This document shows, one piece after another, positions 8,165-16,879 of a DNA stretch of 26,374 nucleotides. Under the pieces are notes generated by a model. That model was not told the DNA's origin. It ran no database searches and saw only the letters and a program-made list of their open reading frames with translations. The position numbers and the translations under genes are program-made. How positions within the stretch are numbered: position 1 is the stretch's first letter; each line of letters begins with the position of its first letter. The DNA is from a virus. Lineage: Duplodnaviria; Caudoviricetes. The DNA is taken from positions 1-26,374 of the IMG/VR virus record IMGVR_UViG_3300037225_000760; one strand, given 5' to 3'.

Positions 8165-8555
8165 TTATTGTTCTGTCGCGTTCGTCTCCAAGTCATCGAG
8201 CTCCCCATCTGCGTCATAGATGCGAACTTCCGCAAGATCGTGGTGCTTGGCAGCCATCTTAAAATTTCCCTTCTTGGCAAATGCAGTTGCTTTAGCCATA
8301 TGCGTATCCGCCATGCCAAGAAGATTGTCAGCTTGGCCGGTATCACCAAGCTCAGATGCCCCATTAGATCTATCATAGACAGCAGCAAGTTGCCCTTTGA
8401 GATCTTTGTGCCGATCATTATGCTCTTTCTTACTTCCCCACTTCATACCACGGACACCCTTTTCCTGTGTCTTGGCTGGGATCAGACTCGCGCATACGCC
8501 GGACTGATGTCAGTTCTGTCAATTGACAAAATGGCACGCCACTCATTGAACCCAT
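8165..8555 (-). CDS. Leader + GVRGMKWG-tagged protein split by a +1 frameshift (8430..8555 leader ORF; body to 8165)
   Basis: GGAGGT RBS, then ATG 8555 gives MGSMSGVPFCQLTELTSVRRMRE...; the +1 frame continues ...TQEKGVRGMKWGSKK... to the stop at 8165. Confidence 0.6.
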
Positions 8556-8589
8556 GTGTCACCTCCATAAGGAATTACTTTTGAGAGCG

Positions 8590-9231
8590 TCAATAGTTGC
8601 TAGGGAATACATCGAAAGCGTCGCCTCTTCTTCTACTCCCGACTCCTGCCGTAGCAATGGAAAATCCGCTGTTCTTGGCCCATGCCTGCTGCTGGCCTAA
8701 GAGCTCTACATCCATACACATCGAGACGAGGCCACACACTGCGTCCACTGTGTCGTTGTCCAAGCCAAACGGAAAGTCTGGCGCTTCAACTTCGCAAAAC
8801 TGTTTCAATGCAGGATGACAACGGATGATGCTACCTTCTTTGACTCCTCTGATGCGCACACGGCCTGTCTCGAAATGAGGCGTGACAAGCTGAACTTTGA
8901 AGACCTTGTCTCCTGGAACATTGACAGGTACACACGGAATACCTTTGGTCCATGCTTGCTGGCCAAGAGCCCACTGATATGCGTTGTTCTCGATGCCCAC
9001 ACGCCATGCCTTCCAGAATCTCCACTCCCGTTCCAGAGCTTTCACCTGTTCGGGAAATGGGATCTGTGCACGATAGAGATCGAGGAGTAAGACGAGCTCT
9101 CCTACACGAGCACCAGTGGCGATCACGAACCAATTGGCCTTGACAGACCCATCAGGATTCATCCGAACTCCTGGGTCATGCTCTGATTTCAGAGCGAGGT
9201 CAACGTATTGAAGACAGTGGAGTTGAATCAT
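8590..9231 (-). CDS. Terminase large subunit, C-terminal RNase H-fold nuclease domain (separate ORF)
   Basis: YVDLA, VGIENNAYQ, GDKVFKV...PHFETGRV and FPFGLDNDTVDA. Confidence 0.85.
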   Translation of the reverse strand: MIQLHCLQYVDLALKSEHDPGVRMNPDGSVKANWFVIATGARVGELVLLLDLYRAQIPFPEQVKALEREWRFWKAWRVGIENNAYQWALGQQAWTKGIPCVPVNVPGDKVFKVQLVTPHFETGRVRIRGVKEGSIIRCHPALKQFCEVEAPDFPFGLDNDTVDAVCGLVSMCMDVELLGQQQAWAKNSGFSIATAGVGSRRRGDAFDVFPSNY

Positions 9232-9251
9232 GAGCCTAGGCCATCACTCTT

Positions 9252-10472
9252 TCATACCAGCGTGATATCAGAAATATAGTGGAAGCCATCAGTCTGGTTG
9301 AATATCAGCTGGCTAGTGTCGAAAAATTTCATCCATTCCTTCTTAAACACCACACCAGACTCTCCAGAGATCTCATTCTGCTTCTCTCTGTTGAAGAACG
9401 TCTCACCCTGCGTAGCCAGGTCCATGAGAAGCTCTTTGATGCCCCAACCGAAGAGTCTTGGCCGGCCATCTTTCTCGTACTTAGGATTTCCGTCGCCATC
9501 AAGATCAGCGCTGCTGGGCCACAAAACTTGATAGTCGTCGGTCAGAATGCGCACATCGACAATCTTTTCACCGTCGCCATGCAGATCCTTGATTCCTTCG
9601 ATCTCTCGTTTCTTTGTAGTCTCGAAGAGCCAACCCTGTTTCAGTTCGCCAGGCTTCTCTGGATTCGGGATCATAGGATATCGGATGATGGCTCTATTTG
9701 TCAGGCATTGCCAAGTCGGCTTCTCCAAGATTTCGCTGTAGAGATCTCGACGATTCTTACGGGTGCCAACCACACTAAATTTCGTGGATGTCTCGCGCAG
9801 ATTCCAGATAGTGCCCCAAAACCAGTTGCTGACAGATATCATGCGCTCTACAGTCTTAGTATTTTCGTCGTCAAGAAGATCATCGCAGCATATGTGACTG
9901 AAGTGCCCTCCAGTAATCGCTCCAAGTACACCAACACTTTCATAGCTGTAATCTTTCTCGACGGATCCGCCAGACCAATCACGCTTGCATCGAAATAGAG
10001 TGGTGTACCAGCGTTTGGGATCGCGAATGTCACCAAAGTCCTCCGCAAGAAGCTCGTTCTTCTCAATGGTCTCCTTGATTTGGATTGCGAACTTTTCGGC
10101 TTGACCATCAGTCTTAGATATGCCGAGCAATCTGGAAAGTACAGAGGTGCAACCAGTTTCAATGTATGAGTCGTAGAGATCGTAGAGTGGCAGGCCATAG
10201 GAAAAGATCCAAGATTTGCCATGATCTCTAGGTGCCAAGAGCTCCAAAAAATCGCTGTTCCAGAGCTTGATCCACTCTCGCTGATGGTCAGGAAGACGAA
10301 ACCCCAGATAGTACATGAGAAAGAACTCTGCTGATTCCCTCGTTAATGCCATCCTGAACCCTGGCGGCAGATATTTGCGTATCAGATATCTGACCCCATT
10401 GAGTCCCTTGGCAGTATTGAGTTCCTCAAGCAGTTTCTCTTTCTTCTTTGTCTTGAACTTCGGTATCGTCAT
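9252..10472 (-). CDS. Terminase large subunit, N-terminal ATPase domain
   Basis: PDHQ...APRDHGKS (Walker A), ITGGHFSHICCDDLLD (Walker B), VGTRK and FKKEW. Start at 10472 after GGAG. Confidence 0.88.
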   Translation of the reverse strand: MTIPKFKTKKKEKLLEELNTAKGLNGVRYLIRKYLPPGFRMALTRESAEFFLMYYLGFRLPDHQREWIKLWNSDFLELLAPRDHGKSWIFSYGLPLYDLYDSYIETGCTSVLSRLLGISKTDGQAEKFAIQIKETIEKNELLAEDFGDIRDPKRWYTTLFRCKRDWSGGSVEKDYSYESVGVLGAITGGHFSHICCDDLLDDENTKTVERMISVSNWFWGTIWNLRETSTKFSVVGTRKNRRDLYSEILEKPTWQCLTNRAIIRYPMIPNPEKPGELKQGWLFETTKKREIEGIKDLHGDGEKIVDVRILTDDYQVLWPSSADLDGDGNPKYEKDGRPRLFGWGIKELLMDLATQGETFFNREKQNEISGESGVVFKKEWMKFFDTSQLIFNQTDGFHYISDITLV

Positions 10473-11118
10473 TATACTCCGGCAGCGCTTTGATATCGAT
10501 TGGTGGCGGCAGCGCTTTAGTCTCTTGAGCCTTGCCCACAAGAGCATTGACAAACATCATGACCATGTCTTTGTCCATGCCATGGGTATGAATCTCATGC
10601 TTGCCACTGATGGCCAAGCCTCCTGTGATTTCCTGCTTGGACATGACCGAGGTCTTGTACTTCGATCTACCTTTCAGTAGGTCACGCGCAGCGTCGTACT
10701 CGAAATATTGGTCGCCACTGTTCAGCGCATCCTCCACGACTTGAACAGCACGCGGGAGTTTGCTTTCCAGAGACTCATCCACATGACTGGCATATCTCAG
10801 GCAGGCTTTGGCCAAGAACTTGCGGAAAGGGAGATGTGACCGACGCCAACGATAGAACGTGTCTCGAGCCACGCCCACTATCTTGCATGCATCATGGTGG
10901 CTTATACCACGCGCTATCATCTTAGCTATTCTCTTCTGCTTCCCACTCAAACGATCGTATCCCTTTGGGATATCGCCAGCCGCAACACGCATCTCGTATC
11001 GCTCGATGCGAGACATTGTGCGGGTTGCAGGATCCTTCTGCTCTGCCCTGATCTGCTTGACAGACTTGGGTTGAATCAATCGTGGAAATCGCATTATCCC
11101 ATCTCTAGAAAGTGGCAT
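10426..11118 (-). CDS. Probable terminase small subunit (HTH)
   Basis: HTH-like DACKIVGVARDTFYRWRR; lies immediately upstream of TerL. Confidence 0.7.
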   Translation of the reverse strand: MPLSRDGIMRFPRLIQPKSVKQIRAEQKDPATRTMSRIERYEMRVAAGDIPKGYDRLSGKQKRIAKMIARGISHHDACKIVGVARDTFYRWRRSHLPFRKFLAKACLRYASHVDESLESKLPRAVQVVEDALNSGDQYFEYDAARDLLKGRSKYKTSVMSKQEITGGLAISGKHEIHTHGMDKDMVMMFVNALVGKAQETKALPPPIDIKALPEYNDDTEVQDKEERETA

Positions 11119-11135
11119 AGCTCCTCCACATGGAG

Positions 11136-11384
11136 TTACTTTGGTGTCCTCTTTGCCGGCTTGACCTCGTCTTCGGCAGTGATCTTTGTATAGTGTTTTG
11201 CCAAAATGACGTGCGCAGCAGCATAGAGTTGTCCAGCGACATGGCTGGATCGCATCTGGATAATTTCTTCAGTTCCCTTTTTGACGACCTGATGCCACAC
11301 ATCAAGATTTCCCAGACCATCTTCCGTGATCATAACACGGAGTTCGGTCACAACAGGCTCTAACTTAGTGGTTGTTTCAGCCAT
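11136..11384 (-). CDS. Hypothetical protein
   Basis: 82 aa, start/stop overlap with upstream gene, RBS present. Confidence 0.65.
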   Translation of the reverse strand: MAETTTKLEPVVTELRVMITEDGLGNLDVWHQVVKKGTEEIIQMRSSHVAGQLYAAAHVILAKHYTKITAEDEVKPAKRTPK

Positions 11385-11842
11385 CAGACATCCCCTTTCT
11401 TGTTATAGTTTCGTTGAGAATACTGCCAAGACTGGAACAGTTCCACGAAAAATGGCAGATCGACTGTGACGAGTGGGTTCACAAAATCCATTCTCCTGAG
11501 CTTCTTGCCTGTAGTCTTTTGGAACTTTGCCTTGAGCCGCTGCCACTTTACCCCTGTCTTCTTGGTGGCTGGCACACGTGTAGCCAAGATGATCTTGTCT
11601 TCAGCATCTTTCTTGTACTTGAGAGTCGCCTCTGCAAACATAGCGTGGATGTTGATTTGGCGCCTTTTCTTACACTCAATCTGGAGGTGCTTCAGCCAAG
11701 GACTTCCCATCCGCACATATTTTGGGAAAAAGACGTCAGTCGCTGTCTTACCAAAAGATTCCATGGTACGCAAGCGTCGCTTACCCCCAAGAGCTTGCGC
11801 TATCTCGCGTTCAAAATTTTTCCACTTCGACTTGTTGGCCAT
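11384..11842 (-). CDS. PD-(D/E)xK nuclease, Holliday junction resolvase-like
   Basis: KSKWKNFEREIA...D...IECK. Confidence 0.75.
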   Translation of the reverse strand: MANKSKWKNFEREIAQALGGKRRLRTMESFGKTATDVFFPKYVRMGSPWLKHLQIECKKRRQINIHAMFAEATLKYKKDAEDKIILATRVPATKKTGVKWQRLKAKFQKTTGKKLRRMDFVNPLVTVDLPFFVELFQSWQYSQRNYNKKGDV

Positions 11843-12252
11843 CAGATGCGACTCCTTTCTCGCTTACGTCTCTTCTTGATTTTAGCTGGCTTTTTGTGGG
11901 CGCTGACTTCCTGATCTGCATGAGCAAGTCTTACTTGCAACTTGGCAACACGACGCATCTTACGGTAGATACTGCGCACCTTTTTTGTAGAGAGATGGTA
12001 GGTCTCAGAGAGACGCTTACGCTCTCTCTTCCTCAAGCCCATGTCTTCAATAGGATCTATGGCTTCGAATATGAACAGATCGCGTTTCGCTTTCTCCAAA
12101 TCTCGAGTCCCAGGAACACGGAATGTCGCTCCCGCAAATATGGTCAAGAACTTCTCGGCCGTCTCTGGCCCAAACACCTTGTAAAATTCATTCACAAGAG
12201 ACTTCGGGTACATGAGTACGAGTTTTTCTAGCATACCTGGGGACAGTGACAT
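11842..12252 (-). CDS. Mor/C-family-like transcriptional regulator
   Basis: FGPETAEKFLTIFAGATFRVP...RDLFIF...LSETYHLSTKKVRSI follows the Mor architecture. Confidence 0.7.
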   Translation of the reverse strand: MSLSPGMLEKLVLMYPKSLVNEFYKVFGPETAEKFLTIFAGATFRVPGTRDLEKAKRDLFIFEAIDPIEDMGLRKRERKRLSETYHLSTKKVRSIYRKMRRVAKLQVRLAHADQEVSAHKKPAKIKKRRKRERSRI

Positions 12253-12895
12253 GCTGGGCCTCCTTTACATACTGATAGAGACTTCTCCGTATGAAGATCA
12301 TTGTGTGGTCGATGCAAAGGACTGACTCTTTTCTTGTCAAGCCTGTCTTTTTGAGATGAGCGATTACGTCCATCCTGTCGTTGAACAGGTCGCCATTGAT
12401 AACCGACTTTCTGATGTACCTGAATATCTTCTTGCGCTTCCGATGGACGATGTTCCCAAAGCTCTCTTCTGAAAAGACAGACTCGAGCTTCTTGGTAAGC
12501 AAATTCAATATATGAGTCCTATCAGGATCATCAACCGAGACGGATGACTCCTCAGCCTCTCTTCGATTTTGATCGTCAGACAGACTGTAGTTTCGCTTCA
12601 TAGAAAACTTTTTGTTTTGCGTGATCAGAGTGTTGCATATCACCGACCAAAGGAATGCGAAGGCAGAGCCACGGTTCGATCTGTATTTCGGAAGAGCTTG
12701 CAATATCCTCAGAGCGCAATCTTGCTCAAGATCAGCTTTGTTACGATACAGTCGCTTTTTAGCAATTGCAGCTTTTATCAATGGAAGAGAAAGTGTCATA
12801 ATCTCATCTCGAAGAGACCTCTTTTTCCTCTTACCTTTCACATACTGTGCCATCAGAGAGCTTACGAGCTTATTGTCAAAAATACGCTCTCTCAT
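12188..12895 (-). CDS. Sigma-70-like phage sigma factor (region 2)
   Basis: DLEQDCALRILQALPKYRSNRGSAFAFLWSVICNTL; start MRERIF by ATGA coupling. Confidence 0.65.
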   Translation of the reverse strand: MRERIFDNKLVSSLMAQYVKGKRKKRSLRDEIMTLSLPLIKAAIAKKRLYRNKADLEQDCALRILQALPKYRSNRGSAFAFLWSVICNTLITQNKKFSMKRNYSLSDDQNRREAEESSVSVDDPDRTHILNLLTKKLESVFSEESFGNIVHRKRKKIFRYIRKSVINGDLFNDRMDVIAHLKKTGLTRKESVLCIDHTMIFIRRSLYQYVKEAQHVTVPRYARKTRTHVPEVSCE

Positions 12896-13014
12896 TGGGG
12901 GCTCCTGAGAAACTTTATGCACTTTTGGATTTCTTTCCTAGAATATTTCCCTTTTGCAGAAATCCTAAGTACCTTCCAGCCAAGCTTTCTAAGATCACGA
13001 TCTCTCTTTCTCAT
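12892..13014 (-). CDS. Unlisted 40-aa ORF resembling the C-terminus of a Vsr/DUF559 endonuclease
   Basis: MRKRDRDLRKLGWKVLRISAK...; ATGA overlaps at both ends. Confidence 0.55.
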   Translation of the reverse strand: MRKRDRDLRKLGWKVLRISAKGKYSRKEIQKCIKFLRSPQ

Positions 13015-14780
13015 GTTGGCATCTCCAGAAAGGAAGCTCTATTCCTTTTCACTACGACCCAAATTTGACCCGTTTCAATCTTGACATCTCGCCTATGTGT
13101 AATCACAATAGTTGTCCCTTTGAAATCTCTCAAAATATCGAGAACAGAGTCTCGGCCTTCTTCGTCAAGAGAGTCAAGAAGCTCGTCCACAAGCAACAAG
13201 TTCGAAGATCTGGCAAGCCAAGAAAAAGTGAGCAAGATGCAAATGTCTGCTCTACGACGCCCTCCCGATGATTCTCCGAGATAGGTATTAGAGCCGTGTT
13301 TTGACTTGTATTCAATATGAAACAAGTCGATCTCTATCCCTTTCTTAGTCTGCTTGTTTGGGACAAATTCCACGTGGACGGAATTCTGAAAAAGGCGCGA
13401 TGTAAACTCTTGCAGCTTTTCATTCAAAGCAGGAAGAATTTCTTGGATAGCCAAAGACTTGATGCCACGATTGCCAAAGCCCACTTCCCAAAACTGAAGT
13501 CTCTTCAGCAAGCGACGAGATGACCAGAGCTTCTCTTCCAAAACGATTAGTCGCTTCGTCAGCTTAGACATCTTTAGAGCCGACGAAGAGAAATCTTTTG
13601 AGAAGTCAGAGTTGGTGCGGACGGTGCAGGATAAGACTTTCAATTGCCGCACCAACTCCTTCCTCTGACTACGCCAAATAGTCTGGACTTGGAATTGTTT
13701 ATCGCAAAGGTTAGATACCCGTTTTAGGCACTCGCGGGCATAGTTCACCTCCCTTTCTGTACTGGCCAAACGCTGTCTGAGGTCGTGAAGCGATTGTCTC
13801 AGTTTCTTGCGTTCGGCCAAGAAATGTTCATGGACATACTTCAGCGATTTCCCTTCAATCAAAGTACCACAAGTCGGACAGTGTTTACCAACAAGAGTTA
13901 CTCGCTGGACATCTTTGTCTGATATCTTTGCCAGCGTCTTCTCCCGCTGCTCACATTGCTCTTCCAGCGAGTATAAAGAAGCCTGCTTCTCGTTCAAAAC
14001 CTCTTGCGCTTCATCAAGATTGCGTTTAGGAAACTGCTCTGGCTCATGACTATTCAACTTCTTAAGAGCAATTGTCAGCCTCTTCAATTCCTGAAGTTGC
14101 CCTTTACGAATGGTCTTTTCGAATCCCTTCTGTGAGCGCAGATGCTCTCGCAACACTCCAATGTTTGTCTTGAGATTTGCAGTCTTGAGTGCTATAACAG
14201 ACTGCCCCTCCAAAACTTCGGAAATCCTCTGCTTAGTGCGCTTCAGAGCCAAATCGAACTGACCGAACCGCAAAAATGCTTCAAGAACTTTTTTCTGTTC
14301 TGAATCGGCTTTGAGTGCGAATGCCTTGTCTCCGCCAAAGACGATGCTGTTGACAAAGGAAGAGAAGTCCATACCAAGTATTGATTCTACCAACTCTTGG
14401 GTAGGACGCTTATGCCGACTCTGAAGTGGTTTTCCGTCACACTTCAGAAAAAGCTTGTGCTGATGCTTTGTATGCTTGCGATATCGTATGACAGAGTATG
14501 AGTGCTCTCGAGTCCTGAACCGCACACAGACCATACAGTCTTTCTTACTGGCAAATCTATAAACCACAGCATTGTGCCGAACACCCCGAAGCGTTCTGTC
14601 AAATAAACACCAGACGAGTGCATCTATAAGGGCTGATTTTCCTGCCCTGTTGCTGTCTGAGCCAGATTCATCCTCATTCCTCCCTTCTATAAGCACGAAG
14701 CCTTGGTCTCGCAGAGGAATGGTCTGCCGCTCATGGTAAGAAAGGAAATTCTGAATTGTGACGCTCTCAAACTCAATCAC
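13011..14780 (-). CDS. sbcC: SbcC/Rad50/gp46-like ABC ATPase
   Basis: IQNFLSY, NRAGKS, coiled coil with CPTCG zinc hook, SSGG signature, LVDE and ITH. Confidence 0.92.
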   Translation of the reverse strand: MIEFESVTIQNFLSYHERQTIPLRDQGFVLIEGRNEDESGSDSNRAGKSALIDALVWCLFDRTLRGVRHNAVVYRFASKKDCMVCVRFRTREHSYSVIRYRKHTKHQHKLFLKCDGKPLQSRHKRPTQELVESILGMDFSSFVNSIVFGGDKAFALKADSEQKKVLEAFLRFGQFDLALKRTKQRISEVLEGQSVIALKTANLKTNIGVLREHLRSQKGFEKTIRKGQLQELKRLTIALKKLNSHEPEQFPKRNLDEAQEVLNEKQASLYSLEEQCEQREKTLAKISDKDVQRVTLVGKHCPTCGTLIEGKSLKYVHEHFLAERKKLRQSLHDLRQRLASTEREVNYARECLKRVSNLCDKQFQVQTIWRSQRKELVRQLKVLSCTVRTNSDFSKDFSSSALKMSKLTKRLIVLEEKLWSSRRLLKRLQFWEVGFGNRGIKSLAIQEILPALNEKLQEFTSRLFQNSVHVEFVPNKQTKKGIEIDLFHIEYKSKHGSNTYLGESSGGRRRADICILLTFSWLARSSNLLLVDELLDSLDEEGRDSVLDILRDFKGTTIVITHRRDVKIETGQIWVVVKRNRASFLEMPT

Positions 14781-15840
14781 TCTCTTTGCCCTCGTATAAA
14801 TCTCGTCCTAATGAGGTGAGACTTTCCCTTTGCTTTTCACCTCCGACCTTAGTTCTAACAAATTTGTCAATAAGCTGCAAAGGAGAAGCTGCCCAAGAGC
14901 CAGTCTTGGAGCTAGGACTCTCTGAGTCGGCTTTCCTTTGGACTCTGACATGGACGTTGTTTTCTTCCGCAAACTTTTTGATGTCTTCGTCTGTGATTTC
15001 CTTCGAGAAGACGTCGAGGTGGAGATAGTTTCCTTTGGCCGTTTTCGTGACATCTTGCAGATCCTCCTGATCATAAATCTGGGCCCGCACGAACATCGGA
15101 AAATGGGTGTAGATCTTCTCGAGCCTGTACCCAGGCGAATGTGCCCACAAGGACACATCCCAGATACAAGGCTTGTGGGTCTCGCCAAACGTATGCTGCA
15201 ACGGAGAGCCAAGATACAGAACGTTGTCAGCCAGCCGTTGCGCCGTGTGGTAGTCGGATAGTAACACAATATCAAACTTTTCTGGATGCATGTCAGCGAG
15301 CTTCAGCTGATTCCTAACGAGATATCTCTTGGGCCCGACTGTGGCCCCTTGCACACCAGCATGGCAGACAAGAGCGAGAGGCCTTCCAATAGCAATCTCT
15401 TTGACAGCTTCCTTCACTTGTTCAGCTGGTAAATATGGCACCGCATAGAGATGCTCCCAAACCAATTGAGGCTTTTCTACAATCGTAGCGACCTTCCTGA
15501 ACGGTGTCAGTGTGTGAATGCGATTACCATTTGCTGACTTGAAGATATCGTGGTTCCCCAAGTTGATGACGACGTCCAATCCATCATCATGCATTCTTTC
15601 TATCTGCATGTACACACTGTTGTACACGTCAGTGGGATGATAGTCAGACTCCTCAAATATATCACCATTCAGCAAGACCTTGTCTATTTCTCTCTCTTTG
15701 GCCTCTTTCCGAATGAAGCCAAAGACCTTGAGGATATTGTGAAGACGAGAGTTGACCCCGTCCTTGCGGATGTAACTGAACTGACTCCAGTTATGGGCTT
15801 GAAAGTCTCCACTTGCGATGAACCTAAGCACTGTCTTCAC
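14773..15840 (-). CDS. sbcD: SbcD/Mre11/gp47-like metallophosphoesterase nuclease
   Basis: GDFQ, GDIFE, GNHD, CH, DYH and YLGSP...FGE; adjacent to the SbcC-like gene. Confidence 0.9.
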   Translation of the reverse strand: MKTVLRFIASGDFQAHNWSQFSYIRKDGVNSRLHNILKVFGFIRKEAKEREIDKVLLNGDIFEESDYHPTDVYNSVYMQIERMHDDGLDVVINLGNHDIFKSANGNRIHTLTPFRKVATIVEKPQLVWEHLYAVPYLPAEQVKEAVKEIAIGRPLALVCHAGVQGATVGPKRYLVRNQLKLADMHPEKFDIVLLSDYHTAQRLADNVLYLGSPLQHTFGETHKPCIWDVSLWAHSPGYRLEKIYTHFPMFVRAQIYDQEDLQDVTKTAKGNYLHLDVFSKEITDEDIKKFAEENNVHVRVQRKADSESPSSKTGSWAASPLQLIDKFVRTKVGGEKQRESLTSLGRDLYEGKESD

Positions 15841-15844
15841 GACA

Positions 15845-16333
15845 TCACCCCATTTTCATCATGCGAGGAAATCTCCGGACATCCCCTCCTAAGTGCTTGA
15901 ACAAATGCTTCTCGCCTTTCATGATGTCCTTGACATTCTCGCGCAAGATACCGTATGTGCTGAGCATGTGGGAAAAATCCTCTACGTCATGCTTCAAGAG
16001 CTTACGATAACCATCTCCTGGCTGATGGCCAAGAGCAGGAATATGGATAAGCTCGTGGACCATGACAAGCATCTGATGGTTGTCATCCATACTGTCAAAC
16101 CTGGTGCCCCAAAACATAATACAGTAATCGTAATCTGGCAAGAGGAGGCACCAAGGACGCTTGTTCGCACAGATAGAGGCCACACCCTTTGACTTTCTAC
16201 CTGTGTACGAGCAGAGAAATATCTTCTTCGTCTGCACATGCCCCAACATTGTGGGGAAGAGTTTCTTTGCCCTGATGAGCAGTGGCCGTAAATCCTCCCG
16301 AGTCTTCCACATCGTTCTACGTCTGCGTTTCAT
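15845..16333 (-). CDS. Putative phage metallopeptidase (HExxH...HDVEDF)
   Basis: LVMVHELIHIP...KHDVEDF; start at 16333 from AGGAGG RBS and ATGA overlap. Confidence 0.75.
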   Translation of the reverse strand: MKRRRRTMWKTREDLRPLLIRAKKLFPTMLGHVQTKKIFLCSYTGRKSKGVASICANKRPWCLLLPDYDYCIMFWGTRFDSMDDNHQMLVMVHELIHIPALGHQPGDGYRKLLKHDVEDFSHMLSTYGILRENVKDIMKGEKHLFKHLGGDVRRFPRMMKMG

Positions 16334-16626
16334 TTCTTCCTCCTTAGACGTGGGAATCTCTTGATGATGTAGAATCTTCCTGACTTCATACCAGACTTGA
16401 TCTCGTCGAATTTCTTGGCTTTCCAATGGTAAGATTCCCGGCCAGTCAGCACCAAATACAGATCGTGGCATTCTCCAGAGCAAAATGACTGCCACTCGCC
16501 TTTCTCCGAGTAATGAAGATGAGGAGCCATGCCACAGATACAAGTATTGACTGCTTTCGACTTTCTGAAGCGTGGAAATCTGTACAGACGAGGGAATCGT
16601 TGCGGCCACCACAGCTTCTTGATCAT
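16330..16626 (-). CDS. Small basic protein with CxC...FCSxxC metal site and three RFPR motifs
   Basis: CICG...FCSGEC; ATGA overlaps on both sides. Confidence 0.7.
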   Translation of the reverse strand: MIKKLWWPQRFPRLYRFPRFRKSKAVNTCICGMAPHLHYSEKGEWQSFCSGECHDLYLVLTGRESYHWKAKKFDEIKSGMKSGRFYIIKRFPRLRRKK

Positions 16627-16877
16627 ACAATCACTCCAAAACTTCTGAGCACTTTCTTATCCTCATCTGTTAGAAAAGCCAAATCTTCAGAGCTCCTTTG
16701 TCGCCTCTCAATCATATGCCTCTGCTGCAACATGTGATCAACGATCCCTTTCCAATAACCAATGTCTTTACCAATCTCCTTCCCATTTCGGAACGCTTTC
16801 CTGATGGCGTAGTCTGCCCAAGCAGAGTGGGCAAAGAGTGCCACAAGCAAAATAATGATCGCCAAATATGTGAACAT
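16623..16877 (-). CDS. Small membrane-anchored hypothetical protein
   Basis: Hydrophobic N-terminus MFTYLAIIILLVALFA; GGAGG RBS. Confidence 0.65.
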   Translation of the reverse strand: MFTYLAIIILLVALFAHSAWADYAIRKAFRNGKEIGKDIGYWKGIVDHMLQQRHMIERRQRSSEDLAFLTDEDKKVLRSFGVIV

Positions 16878-16879
16878 TG

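Noticed and set aside
9232-9254. Stop-codon reassignment or intron explaining the split terminase
   Set aside because: The halves are in different frames, the gap is only 20 nt, and TGA, TAG and TAA all end genes normally in this window.
16334-16630. N-terminal ~99 aa of the 261-aa ORF
   Set aside because: It overlaps the coupled 16330..16626 gene, and the RBS and ATGA overlap place the true start at 16333.
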